Assembly (NCBI RefSeq): GCF_006345805.1
Contig: NC_043010.1
Coordinates: forward strand, 56,110,001-56,174,000
Length of the DNA: 64,000 nucleotides
Reading direction: 5' to 3'
From: Octopus sinensis
Taxonomy: Eukaryota
In this document: positions 49,999 to 64,000 of the stretch, piece by piece
How positions within the stretch are numbered: position 1 is the first letter of the stretch
Layout of the letters: each line of letters begins with the position of its first letter
Position numbers and translations under genes: made by a program
Notes under the pieces: model-generated
What the model was told of the DNA's origin: nothing
Databases searched by the model: none
What the model saw: the letters and a program-made list of their open reading frames with translations, nothing else

Positions 49999-50036
49999 TC
50001 TTTTACGTTTCGAGCCTACGCTCTTCAACAGAAAGA
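49999..50036 (-). ncRNA. Minimal type I hammerhead-like motif with CUGUUGA (A6U) core
   Basis: Minus strand: TCTTT-CTGTTGA-A-GAGC-gtag-GCTC-GAAA-CG-TA-AAAGA; 5-bp stem I, 4-bp stem II, ACGU palindromic stem III. Confidence 0.55.
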
Positions 50037-50277
50037 TACACAGAGAAAAAAAACACAGAAAGAAGGAGAGAAAAAAATGCGTGCAGTAACTAACATATAT
50101 ATATATATACATACATATATATACATATATATATATACATATATATATTTGAAAAGCCCACTAGAATGGGAGCAAGCGCTAATCCGAAATCCGAATGATA
50201 TGATATGATATATATGTAAAAAATGTAATATATAAATAATATCTACAAATATGAACCATCTGATCTGATACCTCAAT

Positions 50278-50327
<50 letters not shown>

Positions 50328-51084
50328 ATAATATATATATATATACATATATATTTAAGTGTGTGTGTGTGTATTTTCTGACTATGTGGGAAAAAGCCCG
50401 ATTGTGTGAATTATTGGTGAAATTGTTGGTGATGTAAGTGGCACAGCCAGAAAAGGAAAGAAATTGAAAGTATTCTACTACAACTACTACTACTACTACT
50501 ACTACCACTACTACTACTACAAGTATTACAATAGCGCCAAGGGGAGACTACAAAAGTCAGATCATTAACAATAGCAAAGTTTAAACCATTGTAAAACAAA
50601 GTAAAAAAAAAAAGGAAATTAAAGATCAATAAATTAACAAGTATTGATGGAATAAATGGAAGTATTTGATGTGAACCACTTGAAGCAGCCAATAGAAAGA
50701 ATTTCTGGTTTTGAGGAAAAGATTCACCACCACCACCACCACTATTCTGACAGTCGCCATCATCACGTTTGGCTCTTTCTTTCTTTCTCTCGTTCCAGAT
50801 ATATTCATCTGGAATTAAACCTGTATCATATATATCATCTCAAAGCTATCCGTTCCTTCGTGTGTGTGTGTGTGTGTGTGTGCACATGGATATAAGTAAG
50901 TATGTCGTCTATAGTTGCACAGACACACACACACACACATGTTTGGGTGGTTAAGAAGCTTGCTTTGTAACAGTGTGATTCAAGGTTCGATCCCCTTTCG
51001 TTCGACTTCACTTAAGTGTCTTCTACTTTGGCTTCGGGTTGTCCAACACCTTAGATCTGAAGTTTGATTGATAGAAAGTGTACA

Positions 51085-51149
<65 letters not shown>

Positions 51150-51156
51150 CCTCCCT

Positions 51157-51201
<45 letters not shown>

Positions 51202-51929
51202 TTGTGCATGTATGCAGGATCTTATGTGTGCAGGGTGATTAAAATCCGTTGTTGGTTGTTGTGTCCTTGCTTAGCCGCCGCTCATCCCTAACAGATCAGA
51301 GCTCTCATCAAATTCCATTCCAGTCATGACTATCCTATCTTATCTTCTGCAATAATCTATCGCACACAACTTTATCAAATAAACTATTTCATCATACGGC
51401 ATCGTGCAGTTTGAGGGAGACTGAACTGCTATTTCTAGCAAGGGAAGTGATTATGTAGATACGCTACACATTAATGAGACAGCTAGGGTATATGCAGAAT
51501 AGGAATAACAGAACTGAAAAGGTATTCAGAAGACGAGGTTTCGAGACTCACTGCCCACCCCGCAACTGCCGTAGCATGATTCTTTCAGTCGTTGGTGGGG
51601 AGGGCAGAAATCTGCTTGGGTGAAAAGTTTATCTGACTTTGCAAAGTATGGACGCATTCATGCGAGTAACCGTCTTCATTTTCGAAAATTTTGAAAACTT
51701 TGGGTGTTTTTAACTGGACGTCCAAACTTACAAGCAAAACAATAACTCTGAGGAATAAATTTTTCTTCATATATAAAAAAAAAACGGACTTTCCCGAAAG
51801 GCTTTGCTCGCAGGACTTCCGGATTTTAGTTAAAATGAAGAACCATGACGAAACCGCTTGCAAGTCATGGCAGTCGTGTGTTGAGAGGATCGTCATTAAA
51901 GGATATGTGCGTGCGTGCGTGTGTTGCTA

Positions 51930-51984
<55 letters not shown>

Positions 51985-52814
51985 CATCTAAAACAACATT
52001 AGCAGTGTTTGAGTGGACATGATATAAAAGATATCCAAGTTGTGACCATCCCATCTGTCATTCAGGCAGAGTGTATCTAGGAGTACCTTATTCAATGTGT
52101 TCTTCCTTTTGTCCTATAAATGTAAGGTTCAAATTTCAGGGAAATTCTGGTGTTTTATTCAACATCGGATGCTTTATACATTTTGACATCCGTTTCTGGA
52201 GATCATGGGAATAATTTGAGGGCGCATTGGCTGTTATTATCTGCAGGTTGATCGACCACTTAGAGGCACCCTCAGTGGCTCATTTCTTTCTAGCTGTGTG
52301 TGTGTGTGTGTGCGTGCGCGCGCGTGTGTGTGTGCGTGCGCGCGCGTGTGTGTGTGCGTGCGCGCGCGTGTGTGTGTGCGTGCGCGCGTGTGCGCGTTTT
52401 CGTGAATGTGTGTGTGTGTGTGTGCGTGAGTGTGTGCGCACGCATGTGTGTGTACGTACGCGTAAGCGTGTGTATGAATGTGTACCTGAGTGTACATGTG
52501 TGAGTGAGTGTATGTGTACGTAAGCGTGTGTCTGTGTGACTGGATGATAACGTGTCATCACCATCATCATCATCACAGTCATCAACAATATAGTCATCGT
52601 CTCTTCAGAAACACACAAACAAATATGCATATACACACAATACACAGACACACTCGCTTGTGTGTGCGTGTGTGTGTGTGTGTGTTAACGAAATCTACTC
52701 CCAGCCAGTCTGTACACACCCCACCCCAACCCGCCCTACATCACTGTCCAGTCTATGTTATACAATACGATTGTTGGGAAATTACAGACATATCACATGA
52801 CTAGAGGACAGTGT

Positions 52815-52824
52815 GGATAGATAA

Positions 52825-52893
<69 letters not shown>

Positions 52894-52932
52894 GAGATAG
52901 AGAGATAGATAGATAGATAGATATATAGATAA

Positions 52933-52967
<35 letters not shown>

Positions 52968-52977
52968 TATAGATAGA

Positions 52978-53049
<72 letters not shown>

Positions 53050-53070
53050 TAGATAGATAGATAGATAGAT

Positions 53071-53112
<42 letters not shown>
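52815..53112. repeat. Compound (GATA)n/(GACA)n tetranucleotide array, about 300 bp
   Basis: Read directly from sequence; source of the LSIY-repeat ORFs. Confidence 0.97.
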
Positions 53113-53474
53113 GGACAGAGAGATAAAAACGGAGAGAGAGAGGTGGGGAGGTCTATGCAGAGTTCCCCCAACCGGAATCGTAAAACACATAAAGACGAAG
53201 AGAAAAAGAGAATATTTATGGCGAAAGGAAAATTTGCACAATTAACACAAAATTGCGCAAAGAGAAATTCCTGTACATATCTCTACATAGATTAGAGGCT
53301 TGCTTCCCAACCACACGGTTCCGGCCTCAGTGCCACTGCATGGCACTTTGGACAAATGTCTTCTACTAAATCTTCGGCCCGTCCAAAACCTCTTTGGTAG
53401 ACGGAAACGGAAAGAAGCTAGTTGTGTATTTATATATAAATGTGTGTGTGTGTGTGTGTGTACACGCATCTCTC

Positions 53475-53574
<100 letters not shown>

Positions 53575-53749
53575 ACCTCATGAGATGTTCAGGGACTGCG
53601 AGCGGCAAGCCACAACATTTTTCTTCTGCGACATAAAACTCACAGAATGAAGTAGTTTGATAAAACCCTATCACGGGATTTCGAAATTTAACCAATAGGG
53701 TTTCGTTTCCCCTCACGGGTTTCTACAATTTACTCCAGGTCAAAGAGTT

Positions 53750-55790
53750 AGCTTGAATGGAACCGCCATTTTCGTGCACGATTCTTTTTCAGCTGAAGCA
53801 ATGGACGTATTTATCAAAGGCTACTGTGAAACAGTTTCTGTGTTTAGTAAAACCAACAGTTTAATAGTAGTTGGGCTCTATAGGCCATCCCTCACTGATA
53901 CGGAAGCAATCGAATTGCCTTTTGATTTCATGAATGAGTTTTTCTTGAACCAACGTGTTCTCGAACCTAGTGTTCAGTAACCACACTGACACTATCCACA
54001 ATATTGCAGTGAAAAAACACCACTACTCTCAGACCATTACATGATTCTGTGTGATCTGAGATTCTACCATCCAAAGATCAAATCTAGTGACATCTCTCCA
54101 GTCCATCTTCATAATGCAGACTGGGATGCGATCAATCATGATCTTTCACAAGTTGATTGAGCCTTCACACACACACACACACCCTTAAACATAAACACAT
54201 CATGGCAAACATTTGTAGATACTGTGACAAATATATGCGCAAAACATACCCCCATTAAGATCAGTAAACAAATTCTAGAAATAGAAGAGCAATTATCAGA
54301 AAAATAAAAAGAATTAACAAGAAAATCAACCAACTTATATACTGCCAGCAGCAACGGATCCATTCGATTGCCATTGCAGCTCTCGAATAAAAAAAAACAC
54401 AACTTCCAAAAAAATATGACCAAAGAGTAGCAGAGGAGAATTGGGCCATTGAGAGAATAAAACTCAATCCTAAAGTGTTCTTTTCATTTTCAAAAAACAT
54501 GAAGTCGCTGTTTCCACTATTCGACCTCTGCTTGATGAGAACACTTTACATGAGGATGCAAAATCCATGTGCGAGATACTGCAGGAACAATACCGCTCAT
54601 TTTTCAGAAACCCTAGTGCGGTTGATATGGTTAGTATCAGTGATGTAAACCCTCAACTAACTATATCTGACATAACTTTTGGTGCTCCTGATACCCTAAC
54701 GGAAATAAATAAGATCAAACACAGTTCGGCAGTAGGTCCCTGAAGATGAGTCGACATCAAATTGACCCCCTCTAGCTCAGTTCTGGAGGAACTCACTTGA
54801 CGTAGGCTATATTCTTAATCATTTTCTTTCCCGGTCTATCGCTCCAGTTTTCAAAAAGGGAAACAAATCTCTTGCAGCGAACTACCGTCCGATTTCACTC
54901 ACCGCTCATGTCATTAAAGTATTTGAGAGGGTGGTGAGATCGCGAGTAACCCACTTCCTCGAAGGCAACAATCTGCTGAACCCCAACCACCATGGTTTCC
55001 GTGAAGGCAGGGATTGCTTATCACAGCTTCTGCACCATTTTGACGACATCTTAAAAGTGTTGGGAGAGGGCTCCAACACTGATGTCATATACCTTGATTT
55101 CGGCAAGGCATTTGGCAGAGTGGACCACAAAATCCTGCCGAAGAAGCTGTCCAATATTGGAGTTCGTGGAAAGCTGCTGCAGTGGATAAAGTGTTTCCTG
55201 ACGAACAGAACCCAACATGGTGTGTTTCAGGGAATACGATCCAGCTCAGCCAAAGTGAGTAGTGGTGTCCCACAAGACACTGTGTTGGGCCAGCTTCTCT
55301 TCATTATCTACATCAACGACATAATAGACGTCATCAAACACTGTACAATGAAAATCTTTGCCGATGAATCTAAGCTCCAGAAAGCCATAAACTGTATGGG
55401 TGACCGAACATGCCTTCAGTCGGATCTGTTTACTGTTGTCCAATGGGCGGAAAAGAACAATATGCTTCTAAGTGAAGATAAGTCTAATTTGATCCATTTT
55501 GGAAAAGAGGATACTCTGAAACTACCATATGCCCTTCCCTCGGGTGACTCCCTAATGACATCCAACGATACCAGAGACATTAGAGTAGTCACTGATAACA
55601 ATATAAACTGGAGTTTCCACGTAAACATCAAGGATGACTTGGCCCGCAAGATGCGCTCCTGGATTCTGAGAACTTTCTGGTCTGGAGGTGCTCACACCCT
55701 CATCCTTCTCTCTCAACATTTGCCTGACCCCACCTTAATACTGTTGCCCACTGTGGTCTCCCCACACGGACTAAGTATGTAACACAGTTC
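53750..55790 (+). mobile_element. Decayed CR1/L2-group LINE with APE endonuclease remnant and RT domain
   Basis: GTAIFV and LIVVGLYRP (53753-53980) and LSDHYMIL mark the APE domain. ORF 54931-55782 has HHGFREGRDC, YLDFGKAFGRVDH, GVPQDTVLG, FIIYIND and FADES. Confidence 0.9.
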
Positions 55791-57176
55791 ATGATTGGTT
55801 CACTTGTGAGGAGATGGGTGTATTTTGAATGTGTTGGAAAGTAACAGATTTAATGATCTCCTGGATTAAAGGGTGGGAGTGAAAGAGGGGTTTATGTTCA
55901 CCCCAACCCCTCACCACCACCGCCGCCTCAATGGACTGAAGGCTTCCAAAAGAGTGACAGTGTGGTGGTGGTTTTGGATATAGTTAACTCTACTCCGTCA
56001 TATTCATTCTACCATCATTAAAAAGACAGGTTTGACAATGGTATAAGAGGGTCATGGTTGGCACGCCTATTATCATAGGTCTATTCGATCGTGACTGACT
56101 TGGTGGGAGCGGAATCAAACAATAAATTCACAGAGAGCATTCATTCGACTGCTTGATCTGTTAGAAATAGTAAGAAAATCACATCTGCTATCTTTATGAA
56201 AAAGAAGGACACAGATTATGTAGTCCTAGATAGACTAAGCCAGAGTAAAAGATGGGATATTTCACAGCTAGGAGACTTTTAATCATATTTCTGTTGGATC
56301 GGGATTGATTTGGGGTCAAACAAGGAAAGGCATATGACATTGTGTAATCCTAGATACACAATGTAAGGATAAAATCTGGAATGGTCACGTTTGGAGTGCC
56401 TTAGTGCATACGTCTGTTGAACCAGAGCTGACATAGGAACTAAGGAACCATTCCTGTTAGATGTAAGAGAGTGGTGGTAGTCACATTGGCACCTCAAGGT
56501 AGAAGCAACCCATTCTGATTACCGTGTCTGGTGTACACAGCCACTCAATAGCAACGTAATCAGACCAGCTTCATCGCCATCTTCTAAATCTTCCATAATT
56601 TAAAAAGACAGATTCATCAACTTCTCCTAACTTCATGCATATATATTACCATATTTCACTGGCATCAGCTTATCTGAAAGTCTTAACCACATCTCTCCAT
56701 TATTAACTCGAAACCCTATCAGAAAAACTCATTATCATTGCACCAAGTTGTTCTCCAGTCAACGTTTGTAACATGAAACACTCATTGAAAGCCGGATTCT
56801 TCAACAATCTCGGCAAATAAACTAAACGATTCACTTGTGATACTCGGCGGCAGCGTTTTAATGAATTTTTGCTGCCCAAAGAAAAACATCGATGGAAAAG
56901 CAGTGGAGATATGAATGTAGGAAGTTGGTTGTTGTTGTTGTTGTCAGTGAAATGTGGCTGGCTTTTCTTCGGATATACGCATCAATGACTCAAATTTCAC
57001 CCGTTGCTAAAGTTCCTTAAGCGACAGTAAATCAAGAGTTGAGAGATGTCAGCGGTCAAATCACTCACTGTCGCTTTCTGCAGAGATCTATGTGAATACA
57101 CACGCTAAAAGCGGGGGATTGACTTTCATCGCTCTTACACACACGCACGCACGCACACACACACACACCACACACA

Positions 57177-57225
<49 letters not shown>

Positions 57226-57549
57226 TACATAAAAATGCAAATATATTGTGTAAGCTAATATGTAAATATGTGTGTAGGGTTGAAAATGGATGCAAAGATG
57301 GGGTTAGATGCATATATAAATGGATTAAGCCCCCACCCATATATATATATATATATATACATACGTCTGTGTGTGTCGATACATAAATGCAAATATATGT
57401 ATCTATAAACTGTATAAATATAAAGTCGTAGAAAAACTATAGAATCAGTATAAATATATATATAGCTACAAATATATGTGTGTCCGCGTAGTCGTATATA
57501 TATATATGTGTGCGTTAATAAATAAATAAATGTATATATGCCCATGCGC

Positions 57550-57613
<64 letters not shown>

Positions 57614-57920
57614 TATGCGCCCATACGTGTGTATATATATATACTTATATATATATATGTATGTATGTATGCATGTTTGTATGTATTTATGTATGTATGT
57701 ATGTATGTATGTATGTATGTATGTATGTATGCATGTGTATGTATATATATATGAGATAGATAATGAACATCTATCTATGTGTCTATAGATGATGTATGTG
57801 TATTTTTCTCCATCTTCTGAAATCCAAGTCTGGTTAATATGGCCGCAAAATAAACTTGCAGACTTCTTTATGTGAGCAAACTAAATAATAATCACCCATC
57901 AACGGTAAATAACGCTATTA

Positions 57921-57964
<44 letters not shown>

Positions 57965-58052
57965 TATCATGGCCATCATCCTTCCCATTGCCATCAGTTG
58001 CCAAGATGTATTGTACTTTCTGACACAATGCAGCAGCAGCAGCAGCAGAAGC

Positions 58053-58083
<31 letters not shown>

Positions 58084-58962
58084 TCGGTCATGATATATTG
58101 TACCACGTGACACAATAGACTCTTCTAAGCACTCCACGAGTCTATTTCTCAGCTACTTTCACTTCTCTCCGCTTTCTCCCACCACCCCTTTACTCTCTCA
58201 CACTTTTCCTCACCAGCCTCTCTCTCTTCAACTTCTCTTATCTCCCTTTCTCTCCCTCTCTTACACCCTCTCTCCTTTTCTCTCCTTCCTCCTCACATAC
58301 TTTCTTAAATCCTCTCCCTTTCCCCTTCTCCTCCCGAAAAATCTCTTTCCTCCCTCCCTCTCTCTCTGTATCCTATCTATCGCCCACTCTCTCTATTTCC
58401 CCCTCTCTCCACAACCACCACCACCTCTTCCTCCTCCCCTCCGTATCTTTCACCCTGACTTTACCACCCTCACCCTCCACCCACTCCACAAATATTTCCC
58501 CCTCTCACGCACCCACCCACACACCCCCTTCACACTAGCCTCCTCACCCCACCCCCACATCTACGACACTATCGATTAGTTACGTCTGCAATGACAGCCG
58601 CACCAATCATGTTATCAGTTTTATGAGGAGCAGCAGCAGCAGCGGCAGCGGCAGCAGCAGCAGCGGCAGGCTTCATATAAGTGGACAGTTGAAATGGTTT
58701 GGGTGACACTTTATCGACAATGGTGTCGTTAGAGCGGGGCTTCCAGCGATTCACTCAAATTTCACCCTCCCCCCCCTACCCCCTCCACCACCACCACCAA
58801 CCTCCTCGTGGCAATGGCTGAACGCCTCGATTTAATTGCAACAAAAAACTCACATTTCCCACACAGGATATTAACTGCAGAAATGGCGGACAAAGCGTTT
58901 CAGCAAATGGATGCAATAGGGACTGAACCTTCAGTCAGCCTCCTCCTCCCCTCCTCTTCTTG

Positions 58963-59011
<49 letters not shown>

Positions 59012-59569
59012 CATTGTTGTTGTTGTTGTTTTTGTTATTGTCATTGTTTTTTATTGCTGATATGTTGTTATTTAGCCCTAGATAAGACCTACTCCAGCAG
59101 ACTTATGGTCAAAGACATTCCATTCATGACCATCATGCCTTTTTCCAAGACTTTGTGCACCTCGAACCACATCATCCAATGTATCTTTTTGAGATGAAAG
59201 GGTGTCATTTGAGAAATTTGGCGGAGTAACCAAGGCACGAAAACCGACTGCATGCCTGTCTAATAAGGGATCACATAGAATTAAACAACAGCAACATGAA
59301 TCTGTGACACACCTCCACTTGTGCCGCACTTCCTTCACCGTCTCACATGTCTCAGTGCCGCACCTACTTCTACGATACGTTTAACACCGTCACACCTCTG
59401 CCTCTATGGCGCATCTCCATTTTCTTTCTTTATTTACAAAAATGGTTGTCAAAACCCAGCATCACTATAAAGATGGTGAAATATCGAATACGCATGAACA
59501 AACCTTACCTGTACACAGTACCTTAGTGTATAGTACCTCACCTGTGGAATAAAGATTTTGAGGAATATT

Positions 59570-60340
59570 TGAAGGATCTTGGGAATAGGAAGTTCGGTAG
59601 CGGTCCCCAGCCGCAATTATATCCCTGTTGGGCGTTGGGAGAACGTCTTGTTTGCCGTAGATTTTCTACAGACGCAGGGACAGGACGGGTTGAAGCGCCG
59701 GTTGCCGGATCAGACGCTTCTGTTCACCAGAGCCCCGTTAGCCGAGTGCGGCCCTGATACTGCTGGGTGTCAGAACAATCCGCCTTGGGTGGCCCTACCA
59801 GAAACCGAAGTCTCCGACGGCATAGCTCTGACACTCCCGTTTCACTCCCTTACCACGATGTGGTGATATATTACACATTTATTGGATGGCCGTTGACTCT
59901 CAAGAGTTCTTCCGCCCTTTGACGGGTTTTGATTTTCATCCCGCAGGGTGTCCAATAAACACCCTCCTCACCAAGCAAGCTTGGTGGGGTTGCCAGTTTA
60001 GTCGCCGACGGCCCGACCATGCAACAGGTTGTACTGGGTTACAAGTTACCAGTAGCAGTCGAAGTGACCTCGCCAGGCCTGGTCGGCGTTTGTGAGAGAT
60101 GCAGCATTGAGGATGAATGAAGCCAGCTCAACCCACCCCGGGTGAATGCTGTCAGAAGAAGAATAAATATTTTACACAGTACGTCACATGAAATTGGCTG
60201 CAAATCCCCACAAGGTAACCAGGCCTGACTGGATTTCTACATCTCAAGGAAACTGTTCTCTACTCAATGTTCTCAGGGAACTGGGTATATTCCGAGACGT
60301 GGAAGCATGCAACCGTGGAGCTCGTCCTTAAACAACTTCT
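59570..60340 (+). mobile_element. GC-rich structured segment, possibly the 5' UTR and APE start of a LINE
   Basis: Abrupt GC/CpG enrichment, hairpin CACCAAGC-aa-GCTTGGTG, and downstream LNV and SETW APE-like residues. Weak. Confidence 0.35.
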
Positions 60341-60989
60341 CTGATCTGACTGGTGGGAAAATGTCAGTGTGTTTCTCATAAATATACACACCTCATGACC
60401 GTACACACACACACACACTTCTCACATCTTCACATACTCCCTTCATGCATGCACGCGCACACACACACACAATGCACACACAGACACACACACGCACTTA
60501 CGCACACGCACACGCACACACACACACACACACACAATACACACGCACACACATACCACAACTTCCGAGTACACTCGTATGCTCCTATCGTCTATGCACA
60601 CTGTATTTCTCTATAAATGCCAGCACGCGTGACTGTATGTTGAAAGAGATGATGATGATGATGATGATGACGACGACGACAATGATGAGGATGATGACGG
60701 TAAAAGAAGAGGAGGAGAGGAAGATTGAAAGGTAAAGATTATAGGTTGGAAGACATTGAGGTTAATTTAATAACATTTAGACAAGGGTTTGAAACTAGTA
60801 GCGCCATCTATTCCAGTTGATGACTAAATGACATTTTAAAGAACAAGGCTCATCTTACAGGGCATCCTAAATACTTAAAGGAACTGCTTTGGGGTCCTTC
60901 TTTCTACTCCATGTTCATACATTTGTGTGCATGTATATATCGTATATACATGTGTGTGTGTGTGTGTTTGTATGTGTGTGTGTGTGTGT

Positions 60990-61024
<35 letters not shown>

Positions 61025-61903
61025 ATGCTAATTTACACGGGGCAATGTTTGGCAGGCGTTCACTGGAGCGTGTTGAAGGTGCCATGAGGCATAATCGCAG
61101 ATGAAAGATGTCGGTTTCACATTTGTAAATTGATATCAACTTGAAGGTTATCTGGTTATGTTGCGACTGAAACTGTTGGCTGTGTCGAGGTCTTAGGAAA
61201 TTCTTGGATGAACAGTCATGTAAATGCTGGTATAAGTTCAATATCTGAAGACAGCCTTAAAGACCGTCCTTTGTTGGGTTTCGAAGTCGGAGGAATGAGG
61301 TGGAGAGTAGCCCATAGGATGATGACCTCAGTAAAGCAGCAGGGAAAACAACTGCGAGATTTAGTCAATCAGGCGGCGGAATGACAGAATCGTTAGAGCG
61401 TCGAACAAAATGCCCAACCTTATTCCTTTAGTAACCTTTATGTTCTGAGTTCAAATCACAGATCAGCTTCGATTTTCATCCTTCGGTGATCAATAAAATA
61501 AAATAGTAGACATTGGTGAACTTAATTTGATATTCTTATCGATCATCCAAAATGTAAATGGAATTGTAATCGAAGACTAATCAAGATTTGATATTTCTAT
61601 TTTCTGGGGTTGAATAGAGAATCATCAGTTGTATACTGGAGTACATTCAACCAAACATGCCCACCTCTCCTCACAAAAGCCGAAATTATATACCTGCATT
61701 ACACAATACCTTTACTCTCAGTCTCTAATGAATGCTATTGAATGATTCTAGTGACCACCCTGACACAAAAAACTGAGTTGGCAGAAATTGTTTGGTGATT
61801 TCTTGGAAATTATTTCGGGAATAAAGGTTCCATCCCCTCACCCACCCACCCCCGACAATGTCATTCAATAATGTGAGATCAGTTTTTTTTGTTCTATTAT
61901 ATA

Positions 61904-62003
61904 CATAAATTATGCATAAATTATGCATAAATTATACATAAATTATGCATAAATTATGCATAAATTATGCATAAATTATACATAAATTATGCATAAATTA
62001 TGC
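61904..62003. repeat. 11-bp minisatellite CATAAATTAT(G/A) x9
   Basis: Units start at 61904 and recur every 11 bp; the A-variant occurs at units 3 and 7. Confidence 0.95.
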
Positions 62004-62099
62004 TTGAATTATGCATCTATTTTTCGGTTATTTTTTCGTTTTTAGAATTTTTGGTTGAATGTATCGATCCCACATTTTTTTTAATTGTTGCAGGTATTA

Positions 62100-63330
62100 G
62101 ACTGCGGCCGGCCACGCTGGGGCACTACCTTCAAGAATTTTTAGATGGCTGTATGAAACCCAGAATCTTTTTTAATCTTGATCAAAACCACTTCTGTGAT
62201 ATAATTCATTTTTTGTTTTTCTTTTTACTTGGGGAACTTTTAGTCTATTGTATCGACCCCAGAATCTTTTTATATGATTTTCAAACTGCGCATGAAGTTA
62301 AGCCTAGAAGGTCTCTCGAAATGCTAGAAATAACAACCAAATCTCTTGAAATTTTTTTATAACCCCCACTAGGTTATATTTTTTGGTTATTCATCGTTTT
62401 TTTTTTTAATTTTCTAAAACAGTTTTTACTTGTTTCAGTCACTGGACTGCGGCCATGCTGGGGCACCACCTTGAAGAATTTTTAGTCGAATGTATCGACC
62501 CCAGAATCTTTTTTAGGTGATTTTTAACAAGCCTAGAAGGTCTCTTCACATGCTAGAAATAACAGCCAAATCTTACAAATTTTTTTTTATAATTTCACGT
62601 AAACAAAAACAGAAATCGCGGTAGTAAAAAACAAAAGTTAATTTTCCAAAATTCCAATTTTTAAGTAAACAAAATATATACAATCGAAAAACATCTCTAT
62701 CCCTCACAATGGTATGTTCCGTGAACTTCAATTATTTTCCTCGTTTTAGAATAATTTTAAAGTTTGAAAATGAAAATAAATCAACCTTAACATCAATAAT
62801 AGAATAACAGAACTGAAGACTCCTCAATCTAAATATTGTCTGAATTCTGACAAGTTGTGGTGCACCTGAGCACTGTATACAATAATTTCATTATATATTA
62901 AAAGGGAAAGCATTTACTTCAAGAAATGTGTAGAGACATAAAAATGATAAGAAATACGTTTGAATGACTGGACTTTCAATGGCTGGAAAAAGTTCAAAAG
63001 GTCAACTTATTCCCATTAATCTGTAAGTGTTGAGAAAAGAAAACAAAAGACTTTCAACATATATTTTAAAATGCTGATTTTTCTGCAACCAAAAATTCAA
63101 GCTGATGTCCCAGCATGGCCGCAGTGTGAAACAAGTAAAGAGATTTTTAGAAAATTTTTAAAAAAAACGCCAAAGGGGGTTATAAAAAATCTCAAGAGAT
63201 TTTGGCTGTTATTTCTAGCATGTGGAGATATCTTCGCGGCTTAACTTCATGCGCTGGTTGAAAATCATAAAAAAAAATTCTGGGATCGTTACATTCGACA
63301 AAAAATTCTTCAAGGTGGTGCCCCAGTCTA
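62100..63330. repeat. Composite fold-back repeat built from SINE-tail fragments and a CTAGAAATAACAGCCAAATCT motif
   Basis: About 62241-62367 and 62460-62580 are inverted relative to 63175-63325; 62428-62460 is inverted relative to 63109-63145; AT-rich centre. Confidence 0.7.
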
Positions 63331-63479
63331 TGACTGCAACATGTAAAAGGTGAAAAGAAACGAAAAAATAATCGAAAAGTATAACCGTGGGGCTTTTGCC
63401 CTACACTCGAATTTTATGGTTATATTCCTTTCTTTCTGTTTATCTGTCTGTTTGTCTATAAATAGGTAGACAGACAGAC

Positions 63480-63558
<79 letters not shown>

Positions 63559-63839
63559 CAGATAGACAGACAAACAGACAGATATTATATATAGTTAAAA
63601 ACGTATGGTTATTTAAATTTTGTCATGGTCCTAAAACAGATCCGTGTAAGCGACTAAGAGCAGCAAACTCCTTCCCTGGGACCTATATTGGTTGAGTAGA
63701 GAGGGGGGGATGAAATGAAGTGCCTTGCTCAAGGATACAACGCACTACTCATTCAAGGACTAGAACCCATGACACGCGGTTGAGAACTTAAAATCCAAAC
63801 CAGTAGGCTACAGGATTTCACCAACAAATACACATTTTA

Positions 63840-63899
<60 letters not shown>

Positions 63900-64000
63900 G
63901 AGTATGTGGGTGATGTAGATATGTATACACATGTACACATGCGGTTTGAGATACATACGTACATATGTGTGTATGTCCGTCTGAGTGTGCACGCGCACAC

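Noticed and set aside
58569-58754. Poly-Ala ORF as a transcription-factor exon
   Set aside because: GTG start, no polypyrimidine/AG acceptor upstream, and no recognisable domain.

Overview
Eukaryotic, AT-rich, microsatellite-saturated intronic/intergenic DNA. The repeat repertoire (three tRNA-derived SINE families, decayed LINEs, mariners, long TA/CA/ATT/GATA tracts) looks like an Octopus-type cephalopod genome; that is inference, not proven. I found no host protein-coding exon I can support. Most short ORFs in the track are translated microsatellites. Recognisable mobile DNA: two CR1/L2-group LINE RT remnants (7990-9620, 53750-55790); RLE-type LINE remnants (R4/Dong-like, HERO-like); two Tx1/L1-like 3' ends, one inserted into a SINE head with a 16-bp TSD; a full-length irritans-type mariner with 37-bp TIRs; a DD37D-spaced maT/Bmmar1-like remnant; a Penelope-like GIY-YIG remnant; a Helitron-like 3' end; and a 1.6-kb tandem duplication. 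The most striking signal is a set of type I hammerhead-ribozyme folds with palindromic stem III, in at least four unrelated sequence contexts. The best case is a non-coding 356-bp unit (37237-39061) arranged as two tandem fold-back blocks with 385-bp inverted arms. It carries four copies of a hammerhead with a compensatory U3:A8 core and GUC cleavage triplet, two per strand, about 929 nt apart. This is a retrozyme/Penelope-like architecture that could release rod-like RNAs carrying ribozymes in both polarities. Ribozyme activity and expression are predicted from structure only.
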